DNA from: Myxococcales bacterium
GTDB lineage: Bacteria; Myxococcota_A; UBA9042; JABWCM01; BTVJ01
Assembly: GCA_045863395.1 (NCBI GenBank)
Contig: BTVJ01000039.1
Span: 1 to 64,000 of the forward strand
Length of the DNA stretch: 64,000 nt
Direction of reading: 5' to 3'
In this document: positions 8,630 through 20,901 of the stretch, in pieces
Layout of the letters: each line of letters begins with the position of its first letter
Position numbering within the stretch: position 1 is the stretch's first letter
Notes under the pieces: model-generated
What the model was told of the DNA's origin: nothing
What the model saw: the letters and a program-made list of their open reading frames with translations, nothing else
The model's database searches: none
Translations under genes and position numbers: made by a program

Positions 8630-10438
8630 ATGAGCGGATTCGGGAGTGCGCAGCAACAGACGGGCACCGCGGCCGGGCAGGCTCCCGCCGTCGACACCAC
8701 CGCGGGCGACGCCACCCGGCAGATGCTCCGCGGTTCCACCTACGAGGACGGGGCGGCGGCGCTCAAGCCGAAGGGCCTCGACGGCGCTCCCGCCCCGGAC
8801 GGCGACGCCGAGAAGGAGCGCCAGGCAGCGGCGCTCCAGAGCTACCAGCAGGCGCTCGGGTCCTTCCTCGGCACGAAGCTCTACGAGGCGATCCACAAGG
8901 AGGTCACGCCCGAGAAGCTGCTCGGCTTCGGCGGGCAGGCCCTCGACGCCCTGTTGAAGGCCGCCACCGACCAGGCGAGCGCCCAGTCCGAGCGGGCGGG
9001 GCTCACCACGGACGAGGGCGCCGCGGTCACGGCGCTCGCGAAGGTGCTCGGCACCATCGCCAAGGAGAAGGCCGAGGAGCTGCTCAAGTCCCCGGACGGG
9101 CAGAAGCTGCTCGTCGCCCTCCGCGACCACGTGGAGGGCCACCCGTGGCAGGTGGTCGCCGCCATCATCGTCGCGGCGGCCGGGGCGGTGGCCGCCAACG
9201 TCGACATCCCGACGCTGAAGCAGAAGGTGAAGCTCGCCGAGGGCCTGACCGCCGACGGATCCGTCAAGCTCGGCAAGATCCGCGACATCTCGCTCCAGGC
9301 CATCCAGGTGGGCCTGAGCTACGAGGCGGGCAAGGTGGCGCTGCGGGGCGAGGTCGCCCACGACAAGGACGGCACCAAGGGCTCCCTGACGGCCAGCTAC
9401 GGGGATGAGACCCAGCGCATCAAGGCGCTCGGCACCCTGGACCAGGACGGCCGCCTGGGGGTTGGCCTCGGCTACTCGCTGGTGCGTGACAAGCTCAAGC
9501 TGGACCTCGACTCGCAATACGCCCGGGAGGCTGGCATCGGCGGCACGGCGAAGCTGGCCTGGGAGGAGGGCAACAAGACCACGGAGGCCAACGCCGCGTA
9601 CAAGGACGGCAACCTCTCCCTGGGGCTCAACTCCCAGGTGCGTGACGACCTGGTCACCTACTACAGCCGGTCCAGCGCCACCTTCGGCGACAACCCCACG
9701 ACGCAGACCGGCCTCGGCGCGCGCTACGAGGGCCCCAACACCAAGGGGGACGTGTCCGTCGACCGCTTCGGCACGGGGCTCACGACGCTGGCCGCCAGCG
9801 GCGAGCTGACCCGCGGGGCCTTCACCGCCAAGGGCTCGGCGAGCCACGGCATCGGGCCCGGCGGTGAGACCGCGCTTTCCGGCGGCGTCAAGTACAGCCG
9901 CGACGAGCTGACCGCCGAGCTGGACCTGGCCCTCAAGGGCGGCTCTTGGACCGCCCGGGCCCAGGTGGACAAGGACTGGGGCAAGCTCAACGCCGGGGCG
10001 AGCAGCGAGCTCCGGCTCGACGACGGCCGGCTCCAGTCCCTCGGCGCCCACGTGGGCTTCGACGACCCGGACAAGTTCCGCTCCTTCCTGCTGGAGTACA
10101 AGCGCACCCACGCGGCGGACGTCCCGACCGACGAGTTCAGCGCGCGGGTGGACGCCAAGCTCGGCGAGATCTGGACCCGCGTCCAGAACCGGACGACCCT
10201 GGAGGGCGGCTCCCTCAAGCAGAGCACCACGTCCGTGCATGGCGCGTACTTCGTGCGCCCAGACCTGGCGCTGATCGGCGGCGGCGAGTACACCGCGGGG
10301 CCCAATCCGACGAATCGCTCGCAGATCCAGGCCGGCGTGCAGATTCGCGACGTGCCGGTCCTCGTCGGCTTCAACCCCGAGACCAAGGGCTGGACCATCG
10401 GCCTGACGATCCCCTTCGGCGGGCCGAAGCGGCGCTGA
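8630..10438 (+). CDS. Hypothetical protein: helical N-terminus, one hydrophobic helix, long Gly-rich amphipathic beta-strand region (beta-barrel-like)
   Basis: Strong GC3 codon bias; GGAGG upstream of ATG 8630; alternating hydrophobic/polar short strands; ends GWTIGLTIPF. Confidence 0.8.
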   Translation: MSGFGSAQQQTGTAAGQAPAVDTTAGDATRQMLRGSTYEDGAAALKPKGLDGAPAPDGDAEKERQAAALQSYQQALGSFLGTKLYEAIHKEVTPEKLLGFGGQALDALLKAATDQASAQSERAGLTTDEGAAVTALAKVLGTIAKEKAEELLKSPDGQKLLVALRDHVEGHPWQVVAAIIVAAAGAVAANVDIPTLKQKVKLAEGLTADGSVKLGKIRDISLQAIQVGLSYEAGKVALRGEVAHDKDGTKGSLTASYGDETQRIKALGTLDQDGRLGVGLGYSLVRDKLKLDLDSQYAREAGIGGTAKLAWEEGNKTTEANAAYKDGNLSLGLNSQVRDDLVTYYSRSSATFGDNPTTQTGLGARYEGPNTKGDVSVDRFGTGLTTLAASGELTRGAFTAKGSASHGIGPGGETALSGGVKYSRDELTAELDLALKGGSWTARAQVDKDWGKLNAGASSELRLDDGRLQSLGAHVGFDDPDKFRSFLLEYKRTHAADVPTDEFSARVDAKLGEIWTRVQNRTTLEGGSLKQSTTSVHGAYFVRPDLALIGGGEYTAGPNPTNRSQIQAGVQIRDVPVLVGFNPETKGWTIGLTIPFGGPKRR

Positions 10439-10542
10439 ACCTCAAGTCGCAGCCCGAGATTCCGGCAGCAGGCTCGGCGCCTTTCCTCTTTGCGCTCGCG
10501 ACGGCTTCGAGCTAGGGTAGGCGCACCAAGGAGGGCGCGAGC

Positions 10543-11652
10543 ATGTCACAGGACGGTCCGGTCGAGGGCAGCGGCATCGAGGGGGCGAAGCAGTACCCCT
10601 GCAAGTCGTGCGGGGCGCGGCTCCAGTATTCGCCCGGGGCATCCGCCCTGGAGTGCCCGCACTGCGGGGCCCAGGCGCGCATCCCCCAGTCGGAGAACGA
10701 CATCCAGGAGCTGGACTTCCACGCCTGGGTCCGGGCGTCCGTCACCGACACGATGACCCAGGAGCAGAAGGCGCTCCGCTGCGAGGCCTGCGGGGCGGAG
10801 ACCGTCCTGGAGGGGCATGAGACCGCGAAGCGCTGCATGTTCTGCGACTCGCCCCTGGTCGCTGAGCCCCTGGTCCAGCGGCACCTGCGGCCGTCCTCCG
10901 TGCTGCCCTTCAAGGTCCCGAAGGACCAGGCCTCGGCGATGTTCCAGAAGTGGGTGTCGAGCCGCTGGTTCGCCCCGAGCGACCTGCAGGGCACGGCTCG
11001 GGCGACGGACATCGACGGCGTCTACGTCCCCTACTGGACCTACGACAGCAACACGACCAGCTTCTATCGCGGCGAGCGCGGCGTCGACTACACCGTGAGC
11101 GAGACCTACACCACCACCGAGAACGGCCAGACAGTCACCAAGACACGGCAGGTGACCAAGACCCGGTGGTACCCGGTGTCGGGCACCGTGTGGGAGACGT
11201 TCGACGACGTGCTGGTCTGCGCGAGCACGGCGCTGCCAGAGGGGATGGTCCGCAGCCTGGAGCCGTGGGACCTGAAGGCGCTCGTGCCCTACCAGGACGA
11301 CTACCTGGCCGGCTACAAGGCCGAGTCCTACCGCGTGGACCTCGCCGACGGCTTCGAGAAGGCCAAGGTCGTCATGGACGACGCCATCCGCCGGTCCATC
11401 GAGCGGGACATCGGCGGCGACCACCAGCGCATCCACCTGGTGCGCACCCGCTACGACGACATCACGTTCAAGCACGTGCTCCTGCCGCTGTGGATCAGCG
11501 CCTATCGTTACCAGAACAAGGTGTGGCGGTTTCTGGTCAATGCGCGGACCGGTGAGGTCCAAGGGGAGCGCCCGTACAGCGCCCTCAAGATCGCCCTGTT
11601 CGTGTTCACGCTGGCCGCGATCATCGCCCTGATCATCTACTTCTCGCAGTAG
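10543..11652 (+). CDS. Double zinc-ribbon membrane protein (family often mislabelled 'primosomal protein N-prime')
   Basis: CKSCG, CPHCG, CEACG, CMFC; GVYVPYWTYD; LLPLWISAY..FLVNARTGEVQGERPYS; C-terminal TM helix; AGGAGG RBS. Confidence 0.85.
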   Translation: MSQDGPVEGSGIEGAKQYPCKSCGARLQYSPGASALECPHCGAQARIPQSENDIQELDFHAWVRASVTDTMTQEQKALRCEACGAETVLEGHETAKRCMFCDSPLVAEPLVQRHLRPSSVLPFKVPKDQASAMFQKWVSSRWFAPSDLQGTARATDIDGVYVPYWTYDSNTTSFYRGERGVDYTVSETYTTTENGQTVTKTRQVTKTRWYPVSGTVWETFDDVLVCASTALPEGMVRSLEPWDLKALVPYQDDYLAGYKAESYRVDLADGFEKAKVVMDDAIRRSIERDIGGDHQRIHLVRTRYDDITFKHVLLPLWISAYRYQNKVWRFLVNARTGEVQGERPYSALKIALFVFTLAAIIALIIYFSQ

Positions 11653-11658
11653 TAGGTG

Positions 11659-11678
11659 CCTGAAATCAGGGTTTTTTT
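11659..11678 (+). terminator. Possible weak intrinsic terminator
   Basis: CCTG-AAAT-CAGG hairpin followed by G and T7, just after the tandem TAG TAG stop; AT-rich against the background. Confidence 0.35.
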
Positions 11679-11814
11679 GCCTCTGTAACCGGGGTCGGCG
11701 CCTCCCTCCGGTCCCCGTTGCCTTCCCCTCTGCCCCGCGATAGAAGGTGCCGTGAGCTGGGGCTGGGTTCGGGTGGACCCGATGGCCCCTCGCTCCTGGA
11801 TGAGAGGTACACCG

Positions 11815-13113
11815 ATGGAACCCGCTCGCAGGAACAAGCCCGTAGCCCCCGTGATGACCCTGAACGCCTACGAGAACGCCATGAACCAGTTCGAGGCGGC
11901 GTCGAAGGTCCTGGGCCTGACCTCGGATCAGGTCAACATCATCAAGGACCCTCGCAAGGTGATCATGCTGAACCTGCCGGTGCGCATGGATGACGGGTCC
12001 ATCCGCGTGTTCCCGGCGTACCGCGTGCAGCACTCCATCGCCCGCGGCCCCGCCAAGGGCGGCGTGCGCTTCCACCAGGACGTCACGCTGGACGAGGTCA
12101 AGGCCCTCGCGTTCTGGATGACCATGAAGTGCGCCGTCGTGAACGTCCCCTTCGGCGGCGGCAAGGGCGGCATCGTGGTGGACCCGACGGCGCTGTCCCT
12201 CGGGGAGCTGGAGCGCATGTCCCGCCGCTACTTCGCCGAGCTGGCCGACGACGTGGGCCCGGATCGCGACATCCCCGCGCCCGACGTCAACACGAACCCG
12301 CAGATCATGGCGTGGTTCATGGACACCTTCTCCATGCACCACCGGCGCCATGTGCCTGGCGTCGTCACCGGCAAGCCCCTGGACGTGGGCGGCTCCCAGG
12401 GACGCACCCAGGCGACGGCCCAGGGCATGGTCTACACGCTGGAGGAGGCGCTGGCCTACCTCAAGATGGATATCTCCACGGTGACGGTGGCGGTGCAGGG
12501 CTTCGGCAACGCCGGCTCCCACTCGGCGCGGCTCCTGTCTCTCAAGGGCGCGAAGATCGTCGCGATCTCGGACGTGACCGGCGCCTACAAGAACGACGCG
12601 GGCATCGACGTCGAGCGCGCCATGGCGTGGGCCGCCGACCACAAGGGCCGCCTGACGGAGTTCGAGAGCACGGGCCTCGCGACGAGGCTCGCCGACCCCA
12701 TGGAGATCCTGGAGCTGCCGGTCGACGTGCTGATCCCCGCGGCCCTGGAGAACCAGATCACCCACGCGAACGCCGCGCGGGTGCAGGCCAAGGTCATCGC
12801 CGAGTGCGCCAACGGCCCCGTGTCCTTCAAGGCGGACCAGATCCTCGCCAAGAAGGGGGTCTTCATCATCCCCGACATCCTCTGCAATGCCGGCGGCGTC
12901 ACGGTGTCCTACTTCGAGTGGGTGCAGAACCGCGCGGCCTGGTACTGGTCCGAGGAGAAGGTCCTGGAGGAGCTGGACCGCATCATGCGGCAGTCCTTCC
13001 GCGACGTGCTCGGCGCCTCCCTCAAGTACGAGGTCCCCATGCGCGTGGCGGCCTTCATCGTCGCCATCGAGCGCGTCACCCGGACGTCCGAGCTGCGCGG
13101 CCTGTACGCCTGA
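11815..13113 (+). CDS. gdhA: Glu/Leu/Phe/Val dehydrogenase (glutamate dehydrogenase)
   Basis: GPAKGGVRF, PFGGGKGG, DIPAPDVNT, VQGFGNAG, NAGGVTVSYFEWVQN motifs; start uncertain (11815 or 11854). Confidence 0.95.
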   Translation: MEPARRNKPVAPVMTLNAYENAMNQFEAASKVLGLTSDQVNIIKDPRKVIMLNLPVRMDDGSIRVFPAYRVQHSIARGPAKGGVRFHQDVTLDEVKALAFWMTMKCAVVNVPFGGGKGGIVVDPTALSLGELERMSRRYFAELADDVGPDRDIPAPDVNTNPQIMAWFMDTFSMHHRRHVPGVVTGKPLDVGGSQGRTQATAQGMVYTLEEALAYLKMDISTVTVAVQGFGNAGSHSARLLSLKGAKIVAISDVTGAYKNDAGIDVERAMAWAADHKGRLTEFESTGLATRLADPMEILELPVDVLIPAALENQITHANAARVQAKVIAECANGPVSFKADQILAKKGVFIIPDILCNAGGVTVSYFEWVQNRAAWYWSEEKVLEELDRIMRQSFRDVLGASLKYEVPMRVAAFIVAIERVTRTSELRGLYA

Positions 13114-13271
13114 GTCGCAATGCCCCGTAGTCCTCAGGGTGGCAAGGCGCTCAAGGTGCCTCGGCCTCGCGATAGATCCCGCGCCCTCCCCATGCGTCGT
13201 ACCTCAGTCTCGTGACTCTGCCTCCGTCGGGTTTCGCCGGCGCTGAGGGCATTCAACATAGGGAGAGTGTC

Positions 13272-15431
13272 ATGAACCCACGCTCATGGAGTGTCCGCCG
13301 CAGTCTGCTCGTCACCCTCATCTGGCTCACGTTTGCCCCCACGGTCTCGTGTGGCGGCCAGGAGACCTCGCGCGACCCGCGTGACAGGGTGATCGCCGAG
13401 GTCGTCGTCCCCGAGACCCTCGACCACGATGTCATCGTGTTTGCCCTGCCGGTCCCGCTGCGGCCGGGAGACCGAATCGGCCCCTATACCCAGCCCGGTC
13501 GGTCCGAGGGCGTCCCCGCTCGAACCATCGAGCGTGAGACCTGGTTCTACTGGATCGACGATGCACCGTCGGCCCGTTTCTCGCACCCGACCCGCTACGT
13601 CTTCGTGGACGCCGAGACTGGAGCCATCGGCGTGGAGTCTCACGCCTGGTGGCCCGTGCTCAACGGAGCGTCGCTCTGGACGGACGACTACTGGGACGAG
13701 TCCCACTGGGTCTTCTCGACCGTCGGCGGCGCCGTGGTCCCGAGGTCTGGTGACCGTGCCCCAGGCTCTGCCGGCGGGGGCATGGTTCAGATCGACCCGC
13801 CACCGCTGGCACTCCCGGCGGGCGTGCGGGAGTCGCGCCTGAGCGTCGCCCCCGGAGACTCAGGCATGGCCATCGTCATCAATGGCTGGGCGCCCGGAGA
13901 GTCCGGCCAGCGAGACTTCCAGACCGATGCGCAGAACATGCACGACGTCCTCGAGGCGGCTGGTTTCGACACGACCTACCTCGGCGACGCCGCCGACACG
14001 GCCACCGAGCGTGATGGCATCAATGACGCGGCGGCTCGCGCGGCTTTCTTCGCGCAGGCGGCGGCGAAGCTCGGCTGCGGAGACACGCTCGTCGTGTATG
14101 TCTCTGCCCACGGGAGCGTGATTGGTGACGGGCCCCTCTCGGGGCTCGCGCACTCGGACGGCGTCTGGGAGGACGACCTGGCAAGCTGGCTCCGCGGCGT
14201 CAAGGACTGCGTGAAGGTCATCGTCGTCATCGACTCCTGTCACTCCGGGGGGTTCGTGGACGGCCTGGCCGCGGTCGCCGACCTGGTGATCACGTCCACG
14301 GACCAGGGTGGCTCGGCCTACGGGGATCTTGACGGCCCGGGTGACCCGAACCCGCACGACCAGGGCGGCGAGTTCACGGGTGGCCTGGTCGCCGGGCTGT
14401 TCGAGACCCTGACGGCCCCGGAGTCCCTGGATGCGGCGCAGCAGCACGCGGACGAGTCTGGCACGTCGCTGTGGGAGGAGGTCTTCGGGCAGGCATTCGA
14501 CACGGCGTTGGCGCTCGACGAGGCGCACCGCCGCGGCCTGACGGTGCCCCAGAGGGTCCGTGGGACCCGGGGCGAGGCGGGAACGTGCGAGGAGTGCGAG
14601 CCCGCTCCGAGTGACTGCGGCGAGAGCTGCCCGCCCCTGGCGCTCGGCTGCGGGTACATGGAGCCTCTGGGCGCGGGGACCTGCGGCGCGCCGGAGGGGA
14701 GCGGCGAGGCCGAGCTTGGGAAGGCCCTGGCGATCCTGCTCGGCCAGGATCCGGCCAGCCAGGCGGTCTGCCAGGACCTGTGCGAGGCGGGCGGCGTGGC
14801 GGAGGCCGGAAACGACACCGTGCACAGCCTCGGGAGTCTGACGGCCCCCGCGGAGGGCGAGGTCGACATCCTGCAGTTCGGCTCGCTGAAGCTGACGCTG
14901 TCCGAGGAGCTGGCCGCCGGCGTGACCGTGCTCTTCCCCTGCGGCTCGTCGAGCGTCGGCGCGACGCTCTGCGGTGGCCCGGACGCCCTGGCCCCTGGCG
15001 ACTGGCAAATCTTCTATCAGCGGCTCGCCGGACCGATCCCGACGGCGAGCCCGACCGCGCACTACCAGTACGGCTTCGCCATTGACGCAGATGGCGTCGA
15101 GACCAACAACTACAAGGCCTCTGCACAGTATCCGAAGGACTTCTTCGACGGGACAGACCTGTGGTATCAGGTGACCGGGTCCCCCGGTGCGGGGCTGTCG
15201 CTGCAGGTCACCGACGCGAGGTCGGGGGGCTTCCGGGACGTGGCGAGCAGGGCGCGCGTATTCGTGATGGGGGATGCGCTGGTCTTGCTTGCGCCGGCGA
15301 CGGAGATCGCGGTGGGGTCTCCCGGCTACCGCGTCACGGCATTCCGCCACGCTGGTGACTATGGGATCGCCCCTCCCCACGAGTGGAGCGGCGACGTCGT
15401 CCCGCCGGTCGGGGCTCCGCTCGCACATTGA
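13272..15431 (+). CDS. Exported clan CD (caspase/legumain-like) cysteine peptidase domain protein
   Basis: Signal/lipobox-like TVSC; VYVSAHG ... VIDSCHSGGF His-Cys dyad; Cys-rich linker and beta-rich C-terminal domain. Confidence 0.75.
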   Translation: MNPRSWSVRRSLLVTLIWLTFAPTVSCGGQETSRDPRDRVIAEVVVPETLDHDVIVFALPVPLRPGDRIGPYTQPGRSEGVPARTIERETWFYWIDDAPSARFSHPTRYVFVDAETGAIGVESHAWWPVLNGASLWTDDYWDESHWVFSTVGGAVVPRSGDRAPGSAGGGMVQIDPPPLALPAGVRESRLSVAPGDSGMAIVINGWAPGESGQRDFQTDAQNMHDVLEAAGFDTTYLGDAADTATERDGINDAAARAAFFAQAAAKLGCGDTLVVYVSAHGSVIGDGPLSGLAHSDGVWEDDLASWLRGVKDCVKVIVVIDSCHSGGFVDGLAAVADLVITSTDQGGSAYGDLDGPGDPNPHDQGGEFTGGLVAGLFETLTAPESLDAAQQHADESGTSLWEEVFGQAFDTALALDEAHRRGLTVPQRVRGTRGEAGTCEECEPAPSDCGESCPPLALGCGYMEPLGAGTCGAPEGSGEAELGKALAILLGQDPASQAVCQDLCEAGGVAEAGNDTVHSLGSLTAPAEGEVDILQFGSLKLTLSEELAAGVTVLFPCGSSSVGATLCGGPDALAPGDWQIFYQRLAGPIPTASPTAHYQYGFAIDADGVETNNYKASAQYPKDFFDGTDLWYQVTGSPGAGLSLQVTDARSGGFRDVASRARVFVMGDALVLLAPATEIAVGSPGYRVTAFRHAGDYGIAPPHEWSGDVVPPVGAPLAH

Positions 15432-15469
15432 CGCGAGAGTCGCGGGGGGGGGCGCCCCGCACGCTCTGC

Positions 15470-17668
15470 TCACTGCCCCCGAAACCCCACCAGCCAAGCC
15501 GCCAGCGCCCGCCCCCGGGCGACCGCGTCCGGGCGCATGCCGCGGCCCTCTTCGCCGGGGTCGACCGCCAGGTCGAAGAGGGAGACGGCGCGGGCCAGCT
15601 CGTCGAACACCACCTTCACGTCGCCGTGGACGGCGCCCGCCAGGTGGACGTCGGGGCGGCCGGTGCGGGCGTTGATGCGCCAGGTCTCCAGCGTCACCGG
15701 GGGACGCTCCATCGGGTCTCCGCGAAGGGCGGGCGTGAGATCGAAGCCCTGCATGGTGGGGGGGATGGGCAGGCCCAGCAGGGAGAGGACGGTCGGGGCC
15801 ACGTCGACGAGGCCGACGGTCTGGTCGACGTCCCGGGGTGCCAGGCCCGGCGCCGCCACGAGCAGCGGGATGCGGACCGCCTCCTCGTAGAGGGTGGTGC
15901 CGTGCTCGATGATGTCGTGCTCGCCCAGGGACTCTCCGTGGTCGGACGTGAGGACGACGACGGTGCTCGCGGTCAGGCCCTCGGCGTCCAGGGCGTCGAG
16001 GAGGCGCCCCAGCTCCCGGTCGGCGGCCATGGCGTCGCCGTCGTACCCGTAGACCGGGATGCCCTCGCGCGCCTTGTTGGGCAGGTGGGGCTCGAAGAGG
16101 TGCACCCAGAGGAAGAAGCGGCTAGAGCGGAGCTCTCGCAGGGTGCGCAGCGCGAGGTCCATGGTGGCCTGGTCCGTGATCTCGCCCGGGGAGCGCGGGT
16201 CGTCGAGCAGCTCGTCCGGGGGGTAGACGACCCTGGAGAAGCCGCGCGTGAAGGCGAAGCGCGGGTGCAGGATGCGGTTGAAGCCGTCGTTGGGCACCGC
16301 CACGGTGGTGAGGGCGGCGCGCGCAAGCTCCTCCGCGAGGGTGGGGGCCGGGAAGGAGGCGTCCGGCGCCTCCAACACACCCTGGATGGGCGTGCCGGGC
16401 GGGAGCGTGTCCCGCGTCCACGCACGGAGGTCACGGTCGTAGAGCACCTGGTGGTAGGTCAGGTCACCCGGCGCCGTGGACCACATGAGCGCAGGGACGG
16501 ACAGGCAGGTCCAGGCACCTTGGGCGTAGGCACGGCGGAAGCGGACGCTGCGGCCGGCCAGGCGGTCGACGTTGGGTGTGACGGCGGGGGTACGGCCGAG
16601 ACGGTCCGCGCGGAGGCTGTCGATGGTGACCAGCAGGACGTTGGCGCCGGCCGCCACAGCGGGGCGTCGTGTCGCGTTCCAGGCCGTCGCGTCCTCGCGG
16701 GCGCGGCGCCCGGCCTCGGCCTCGGGGAGCGCGCGCAGCTCGGAGAGGAGCGAGGCGTGGCTGCCGGCCAGCAGGCCAGTGGAGGCGAGCAGCTCCCGCG
16801 ACAAGGGCATGCGATCCGACAAGAACCACTGGGTCGGCGTGAGAGGGCGGACCGCGGTGGGGACCAGCAAGGCGCCGATCACGGCGGCGAGCGCGGCTGG
16901 GGCGGTCAGACGGAGGGGCAGGCGGGGCAGGCGCATGGCGCCGAGGGCGAGCAGCACGAGGGCGCCCCCGAAGGCCACGCGGCGGGGGACGGCGTAGTGG
17001 ACGGGCAGCACGTGGGGGATCACCACGGCCGCGGCCACGCCGATGAGCAACGTGGCGGTGGCCAGCGCGCGGCCGGGGCGCTCGCCGGTGAGGCCGGCCA
17101 GCAGCCGGGCGAGCGCCCAGGCCAAGGCCACCGTCCCCAGAGCCGCGGCGACGCCTGCGGCCGCGAACAGCCCGGTAGCGGCGGCGTCCGCCCGCTCGAA
17201 GAGGCGGATGGATCCCGCCGCCTGGTGCAGAGCCGCCGCGGAGGCCAGCGCCCCGGCGGTCCATGCGGAGCGGGATCCGAGGAGCCGTGTGCCGGCCAGG
17301 GCCAGCGCGAATACGGCGCCGGCGCCGGCGCCGACGATCCAGAACGCCCTCCCTCCGCCCCGCGCCGCAAGGAGCGGGATGGTTACGAGCAGCGGCAGGG
17401 CGAGAGCGAGGCCGGAGATGAGCGCCAGCGCCCGGCGGACGAGGGGACGCTCGGCGACCGGCTCCACCACCGCCGCCGCGAGCGCGAGGAGCAGCGCGGC
17501 TGCTCCGGCGGCCAGCCCCGCCGTGGCGCTCAGCGCGAGGCCCGCTGGCAGGGCGCCCCACTGGGGCGGTGCGGTCGCCGCCCCCGAGGCGAAGTCGAGC
17601 GCGCCGAGCAGCACTCCGGCCACCAGGAAGGCGTCGAGCGTGTGGCGAACGTTCTTGTGGAGCGTCAT
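15470..17668 (-). CDS. Membrane-anchored sulfatase-like hydrolase/transferase (alkaline phosphatase superfamily)
   Basis: Multi-TM N-terminus; NVLLVTIDSLRAD, WVHLFEPH, TSDHGESLGEH..HG..LYEE motifs; Thr (WTCLS) rather than CxPxR at the nucleophile site. Confidence 0.88.
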   Translation of the reverse strand: MTLHKNVRHTLDAFLVAGVLLGALDFASGAATAPPQWGALPAGLALSATAGLAAGAAALLLALAAAVVEPVAERPLVRRALALISGLALALPLLVTIPLLAARGGGRAFWIVGAGAGAVFALALAGTRLLGSRSAWTAGALASAAALHQAAGSIRLFERADAAATGLFAAAGVAAALGTVALAWALARLLAGLTGERPGRALATATLLIGVAAAVVIPHVLPVHYAVPRRVAFGGALVLLALGAMRLPRLPLRLTAPAALAAVIGALLVPTAVRPLTPTQWFLSDRMPLSRELLASTGLLAGSHASLLSELRALPEAEAGRRAREDATAWNATRRPAVAAGANVLLVTIDSLRADRLGRTPAVTPNVDRLAGRSVRFRRAYAQGAWTCLSVPALMWSTAPGDLTYHQVLYDRDLRAWTRDTLPPGTPIQGVLEAPDASFPAPTLAEELARAALTTVAVPNDGFNRILHPRFAFTRGFSRVVYPPDELLDDPRSPGEITDQATMDLALRTLRELRSSRFFLWVHLFEPHLPNKAREGIPVYGYDGDAMAADRELGRLLDALDAEGLTASTVVVLTSDHGESLGEHDIIEHGTTLYEEAVRIPLLVAAPGLAPRDVDQTVGLVDVAPTVLSLLGLPIPPTMQGFDLTPALRGDPMERPPVTLETWRINARTGRPDVHLAGAVHGDVKVVFDELARAVSLFDLAVDPGEEGRGMRPDAVARGRALAAWLVGFRGQ

Positions 17669-17679
17669 GGGGGTCATCA

Positions 17680-17751
17680 TGGGGGTCAAGCGTACTCACA
17701 TCTCATATTTTTACCCCCAAAAATGTGAGATGTGAGTACGTTTGACCCCCA
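17680..17751. repeat. Long inverted repeat (33-bp arms, 6-nt loop), REP/REPIN- or MITE-like
   Basis: tgggggtcaagcgtactcacatctcatattttt-accccc-aaaaatgtgagatgtgagtacgtttgaccccca; 2 mismatches. Confidence 0.9.
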
Positions 17752-17812
17752 CCCATTCGCCGCCATGTCGTGTATCCTGCGCCCCTCGCTCGGTGCGCGA
17801 CCGGAGGCGCCA

Positions 17813-20094
<2,282 letters not shown>

Positions 20095-20098
<4 letters not shown>

Positions 20099-20901
20099 AC
20101 CCTTCGACGATCATCGGGATGGTGGGCGGCGTCACGCTGCTGGGCGTCACCATCCTGCTCACGGCGGCCGACGCCCACGACTTCTGGAACCTGCCCGGGT
20201 TCCTGATCGTGCTCGGCGGCACGGCGGCGGCCACCTTCGTCAGCTACCCGCTGCGGGAGCTGCTCCGTGTCTTCCGCGTGTTCGCCATCGTGCTGCGCAA
20301 CGAGCGCCTGTACGCCGAGGAGGACATCCGCGAGCTGGTCCACGTCTCGCGCCTGTGGTTCCAGTACGACCTCGAGGCCGTCGAGCGGCACCTTGCGCGC
20401 ATCCGCAACCCGTTCCTGCGCACGGGCATCCAGGCGGTCATCGACGGGACCCCCCTCGACAAGACCGTGGACCTGCTGCGGTGGCGCATCGCCCGCATGC
20501 ACGCCATGGAGCGCGCCGAGGCGCAGATCTTCCGCACCATGGCCCAGTTCGCTCCCGCCTTCGGCATGCTCGGCACCCTGGTGGGGCTCATCAACATGCT
20601 GTCCACCATGGGGACGTCCGGCATCGCCGAGATAGGGCGCAACATGGCCATCGCGCTCACCACGACCCTCTATGGCCTGCTGCTCGCCAACCTGGTGTTC
20701 AAGCCCTTCGCGGTGAAGCTGGAGCGCCGCACCGAGCAGCGCGTCATGTTGATGAACATGGTGCTGGAGGGGGTGTCGTTCCTCAGCGAGCGGCGGAGCC
20801 CGTCGTTCATCCGCGAGACGCTGACCTCCTTCATGGCTCACCACGAGGACGAGATCCGGGCAACGAGCATCCTCCAAGGTGACCAGCGGGGGCCCGCGTG
20901 A
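20095..20901 (+). CDS. motA: MotA/PomA-family stator A subunit
   Basis: IVLGGTAAA, APAFGMLGTLVGLINML, ALTTTLYGLLLANL motifs; ATGA overlap with the kinase stop. Confidence 0.9.
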
